NCBI GenBank assembly: GCA_030149205.1
Contig: JASBSB010000005.1
Coordinates: forward strand, 50,523-82,522
Length of the DNA: 32,000 nucleotides
From: Candidatus Heimdallarchaeota archaeon
GTDB lineage: Archaea > Asgardarchaeota > Heimdallarchaeia > Heimdallarchaeales > Kariarchaeaceae
Direction of reading: 5' to 3'
A program made the translations under genes and the position numbers. Of this stretch, positions 28,233-32,000 are shown one piece after another; the first letter of the stretch is position 1, and the number at the start of each line of letters is the position of its first letter. Under the pieces are notes generated by a model that saw only the letters and a list, made by a program, of their open reading frames with translations, was not told the DNA's origin and ran no database searches.

Positions 28233-31200
28233 ATGAATGGAAGACGTACGTCTTTAATTATTATTTTAAGCTTTTTACTATTTTTCTCAATTTTCACCCA
28301 ATCTAATTTGCCAAGTCGCCAAAACAGGGCAATCCAAACTTCTCTAGTTAAGCAAAGGAGAAGAAATATCTTTGGTAGATCTGAAAATTCTGGGACTATA
28401 GGAATAAACTCTCAATTACCAAGAGTGAGAAAATCAGTTGCTATCAACTCTTTGTCTACTGGCAGGAGTTTAAAATCACTGGTCAACAACACAATCAGGG
28501 GATTAGAAGCTAAATACCTGCAACATGTTAACACCTACAAGGTTCTAAATACCTCAGTATCAATTGTTGACTCTTCTACCTTTGCATCCTTTAAATCAAA
28601 ATATAATGTAACTGGTAATGGAACAGCAAAATTTCCTTATGTGATACAAAACCTTTTGATAAACAGCAGTTCAGATTTAGGTTTTAGTTCTTCGTATCGT
28701 GTTTTTTATGTATTAAGAAACATAGTAGTTTTTGGATCACTATCCTTCAACAATGGATACAGTACCTCTTTGGGAGGTCTTACTCTAGATAATGTCTTTG
28801 TGAGAACTAGATCATCAAATTTAAATTTAATTGCATCTTCCTTTACAAATGTAACCATAGTAAATTCGGTTTTTATCAGCAATTCAGGGGGAAATATAAA
28901 TCTACATTATAATTCTGTTAACTTCCTTAAAAATAACACTCTCATCTTAGAAAGGGGTGGTACCAACACTTATTCAACTCAACTTGCGCTTACAGGCAAT
29001 CTCTGGACAACAGGAACCTATCAACAGAAGAATTCAACAGATTTAGTTAAGGACAGCACATTTCTGTCCAGAACTAGTCCTGCAATGGTATTATCAACTA
29101 CTAATTTCACCTTAGATAACAATGTAGTTTATATTGACCCAATCCCAAGTACCTCTGGCTTAAATATACAACCTTTAACAAATGGTACTGTTACCATAAA
29201 AGGTTTAGTATTAAATAATTTTGGGACATCACTTCCAATGGGAATTTATCTAGGGAGGGTGATAATGCCAAATGGGACATTCTATACTCCTGTAGTAAAT
29301 ATGAGTGATGTATTAATTTATAATACTGCAGTGGGTTTGTACATGGATGGTTTGTATCCAAGATTGTACAAAATTCATGTGAACAATTCTACAATATCTG
29401 CATTTCACATACATCACACAATGGGTGGGGTAACAACTAGTAATATAACAGTTATCAATTCAAATATAGGTGTAACATTTTCATCTGTTTCTAATCTAAC
29501 CCTTTCAGGATTTAATATGACTGATGTTGGGCTGGGTTTTTATAATGAAGGATTCACCTCAAATGTCTCTGTTTCAAAATCAGTATATATCAGATTAGGT
29601 TGGGCTTCCATGGATGCTGGTGGAAAAGAAGGTACAGTGAAAGTTATGCATTCTACATTTTTCAATTATTATCATCGTGGTCTGATTATAAGTTCTGATG
29701 CAAATTTGCTCCAACAAAAGCAAAAATATGGATGGGCTGGTTCTGGGACAAATATAGACCCTATTATAATTAAGGATACGGGTGTTTTCAACCATAAGTC
29801 AATAGGTGTTCATATTTTCAATACAACATTACATTTCGTTTTAAGGGACATTGCTTTCAATCAATCCTATACTATAGACCCACTAATTGGTGTGACTAAT
29901 TCAACAGGCTCAATCAGATTTAAAAACATAACAGCCACCGTTAAGTATGAGACAGTTCGAAGGCTGAACGGAATAAAGATACTTAATAGTTCTAATGTTG
30001 AATTTTTAAACTCAACATTCTATACTCCTTATGCATCATTTCCTACACTGACCCTTCTAAACATTCAAAATTCTGGAAAGATAAACTTGCTTTATTCTAA
30101 CTTTACCAATGGAAACATAGCCAGTGAAATTCTATCCTCTCAAAATATTGTATTTAATCATACCCTTATTAGATCCTCGAAAACAGCAATAAGTGCTAAA
30201 GACAGCACTTATCTAAAGTTTGTAAATAACATTCAGATCGGGTCATCTACAACATTTATTCCTGTGCAGGATGTGATCTCTCCTAAGTTATTTGGCTCTG
30301 GTCCCAAATCCCAAGGGTATGTATTTAACAATGTAAGTGACTCGTCTATGTTCAATAATCAAGGTATGTACCTAAACAAGGTGCTTGATGTGACTATTGG
30401 AACAAATAATACCATCGAACATAATTTCTATTCAAATATGACGTATTTTGCAACTTTTGATGCAGCTTCATTTACTAAAATAATCAATAACACAATATTA
30501 AATCTAGAATTTCAAGGTTTACAGCTCACAAGTACCACATCCTCGAGTTACAATTTTACAATCTATGGAAACTACTTTATTGGGACTTCTCCCTTTTCCC
30601 AATTGGCTTGTGATGAAGGGTTGAACAACACTTGGTACAGACCATCCTATGGGAATTACTGGAGCAATCTTCAACCCTCTGCGACAAATTACTCAATCCC
30701 TTGTGCCACGAAAACCTATGATCTTTACCCAATACAGCTGATTTATAAAAACATAACTCTCATTCAGGAATTTGGTAAATCAACATACAATGTTTCAATA
30801 ACCTCTATAAACAGGCAACGGATAACAGCAGTATATGCAAATTACCAAAATTTTACACTAGTAAGTCAAAAATATATTAACCCTTCAGATACAGTTCAAG
30901 TGAATATTTACAGCCTAAACCACCTACAGGTTGGAGAGTACTCAGTAAAATTACAGGTTTACTTTCAATTTGGTTTACAAACCAATAGAACGATAAAAAT
31001 TATAATAAGAGATACTACCCCTCCTCAGATCATCAAAGGACCATCAAATCTGATATTAAATGGCACGACTGCTACGGAGCACATACAGTTGAATTGGACT
31101 GAGTTTGATTTATCCCCATTCAACTCCAGCTTATATCAAAACGGTTCTGTCACAGCCCATAATACATTTCCTGCAAATCAAACCACAGGTCTTTTCATTT

Positions 31201-31514
31201 CATATCATCTAAACGTTGGGTATTATGTATTCAATTTCAGCGTTACAGATCTCTACAGTAATAGTGCTTTTCAGGTGTTTACTGTCCATGTATCTCAATA
31301 CACCCTTCCACCAAGCGCAACTAGCACACATCCCCCAAGTTCCTCTTCCTCTAAAACTCCAACCACAAATCCCAAAACAACAGTAGCCACACCAACTAAA
31401 TCTCAATCCCCTAGTTCAACAAATCAGGGAGGATTTGGACAGTTGATATTTATACTAATTAGTGGGTTAGGACTATCTGTAATATTTTATTACTTATCCA
31501 AAAGGAGATTCTAA
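28233..31514 (+). CDS. Large membrane-anchored surface glycoprotein with parallel beta-helix (NosD/CASH-like) and Ig-like domains
   Basis: N-terminal signal peptide, two G(N/S)GT..(F/D)P..I modules, Asn/Ser/Thr-rich beta repeats, GNYWSN..DLYP, DTTPPQI, S/T/P linker, C-terminal TM + KRRF, many NxS/T sequons. Confidence 0.85.
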   Translation: MNGRRTSLIIILSFLLFFSIFTQSNLPSRQNRAIQTSLVKQRRRNIFGRSENSGTIGINSQLPRVRKSVAINSLSTGRSLKSLVNNTIRGLEAKYLQHVNTYKVLNTSVSIVDSSTFASFKSKYNVTGNGTAKFPYVIQNLLINSSSDLGFSSSYRVFYVLRNIVVFGSLSFNNGYSTSLGGLTLDNVFVRTRSSNLNLIASSFTNVTIVNSVFISNSGGNINLHYNSVNFLKNNTLILERGGTNTYSTQLALTGNLWTTGTYQQKNSTDLVKDSTFLSRTSPAMVLSTTNFTLDNNVVYIDPIPSTSGLNIQPLTNGTVTIKGLVLNNFGTSLPMGIYLGRVIMPNGTFYTPVVNMSDVLIYNTAVGLYMDGLYPRLYKIHVNNSTISAFHIHHTMGGVTTSNITVINSNIGVTFSSVSNLTLSGFNMTDVGLGFYNEGFTSNVSVSKSVYIRLGWASMDAGGKEGTVKVMHSTFFNYYHRGLIISSDANLLQQKQKYGWAGSGTNIDPIIIKDTGVFNHKSIGVHIFNTTLHFVLRDIAFNQSYTIDPLIGVTNSTGSIRFKNITATVKYETVRRLNGIKILNSSNVEFLNSTFYTPYASFPTLTLLNIQNSGKINLLYSNFTNGNIASEILSSQNIVFNHTLIRSSKTAISAKDSTYLKFVNNIQIGSSTTFIPVQDVISPKLFGSGPKSQGYVFNNVSDSSMFNNQGMYLNKVLDVTIGTNNTIEHNFYSNMTYFATFDAASFTKIINNTILNLEFQGLQLTSTTSSSYNFTIYGNYFIGTSPFSQLACDEGLNNTWYRPSYGNYWSNLQPSATNYSIPCATKTYDLYPIQLIYKNITLIQEFGKSTYNVSITSINRQRITAVYANYQNFTLVSQKYINPSDTVQVNIYSLNHLQVGEYSVKLQVYFQFGLQTNRTIKIIIRDTTPPQIIKGPSNLILNGTTATEHIQLNWTEFDLSPFNSSLYQNGSVTAHNTFPANQTTGLFISYHLNVGYYVFNFSVTDLYSNSAFQVFTVHVSQYTLPPSATSTHPPSSSSSKTPTTNPKTTVATPTKSQSPSSTNQGGFGQLIFILISGLGLSVIFYYLSKRRF

Positions 31515-31690
31515 CCAGCTTTAGGTATTTTTAAACCTAATTTCTCTGGTTAAGTTAAATCTAGCCTAGGTTCAAATTACAATATATCTCAACCAACGGA
31601 GAGTGGTAGCATTTGGACTAATTCATCTTTGTTGAAAATAATAACAGAGACTTCTCAAACTTTAATACTATTTCACCAAATTATCAACAA

Positions 31691-32000
31691 GCTTGTCCCA
31701 AAATTAGATCACACTGGAATCACCCCCTGAGCTCGGATTCTGTGGTTGTACCAGACCACAGAGCACAGCAGGCCCTTCCGCTTGTTCTGAGGCTTGTGAT
31801 CCCGCAGGAGCGGTGCTCGCTGCTTCAGCTGGCCAAACACATGCTCAACCTCTGCCCGGAGGTAGACCCGACAGTTCTTCGCATAGATCTCCCGGTGCTG
31901 GCTTTGCAGCCGAACCAGTCGATCCATGGGGCTGGAGGTCCCATGATCCCTGGAGTTTGATTTCTTGGGGATCACCGCCTGAAGCGCCTCCTGAGCCAGC
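31691..32000 (-). mobile_element. Right end of an IS4/IS5-superfamily insertion sequence (continues beyond the window)
   Basis: Abrupt GC rise to about 59% (172 G+C in 31711-32000), transposase C-terminus, and candidate terminal repeat GCTTGTCCCAAAATTAG at 31691-31707. Confidence 0.68.
31709..32000 (-). CDS. DDE transposase, C-terminal fragment (5'-partial)
   Basis: The frame is open to the window edge (LAQEALQAVIPKKSN...). RAEVEHVFGQLK matches R-(3)-E-(6)-K of the YREK signature. Confidence 0.7.
   Translation of the reverse strand, partial: LAQEALQAVIPKKSNSRDHGTSSPMDRLVRLQSQHREIYAKNCRVYLRAEVEHVFGQLKQRAPLLRDHKPQNKRKGLLCSVVWYNHRIRAQGVIPV

Noticed and set aside
28233-28300. Twin-arginine (Tat) signal in the surface protein
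   Set aside because: GRRTSL lacks the RRxFLK consensus. A Sec signal is more plausible.
1002-31960. Short ORF-track entries antisense to or overlapping the called genes (e.g. 1002-1301, 2382-2585, 7738-7995, 9336-9995, 12776-13084, 14669-15550, 22304-22624, 25936-26217, 27179-27460, 31742-31960)
   Set aside because: These are shadow ORFs of well-supported genes, with no motifs or ribosome-binding sites.

Overview
An AT-rich window (about one-third GC by eye) from an archaeal chromosome. Archaeal origin rests on GGTGA-type Shine-Dalgarno sites, a herA-mre11-rad50 cluster and an archaeal-type MetRS. An Asgard/Heimdallarchaeia-like host is inference only. From left to right: a copZ-copA copper export pair; herA-mre11-rad50 without nurA; metG; an S9 peptidase; a C-terminally truncated CPBP protease abutting a surface-protein remnant; an AMACR-like family III CoA-transferase; an orphan CARF-HEPN (TIGR02710-like) protein with no cas genes or array in view; and an LLM/F420-type oxidoreductase. 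Next comes a redox/sulfur island: a NifB/NifX-family gene behind a structured, riboswitch-like leader, then ArsR paralog 1, a divergent operon tusA-mvhD*-hdrA1-hdrA2-small wHTH-QmoC-like cytochrome b-DsrE-family, and ArsR paralog 2. The window ends with a DxDxDG-repeat membrane protein, a 1093-aa beta-helix surface protein and the end of a ~59% GC IS4/IS5-like transposase. There are two main candidates for an undescribed system. (1) A membrane-bound HdrA/Qmo-like complex whose two HdrA subunits are structurally complementary, with a re-liganded MvhD, TusA/DsrE sulfur carriers and paired ArsR regulators, but no HdrB, AprAB or hydrogenase in the window. (2) A 5' leader with mutually exclusive SD-free and SD-sequestering folds. 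All functional calls come from motif reading; no searches were run.
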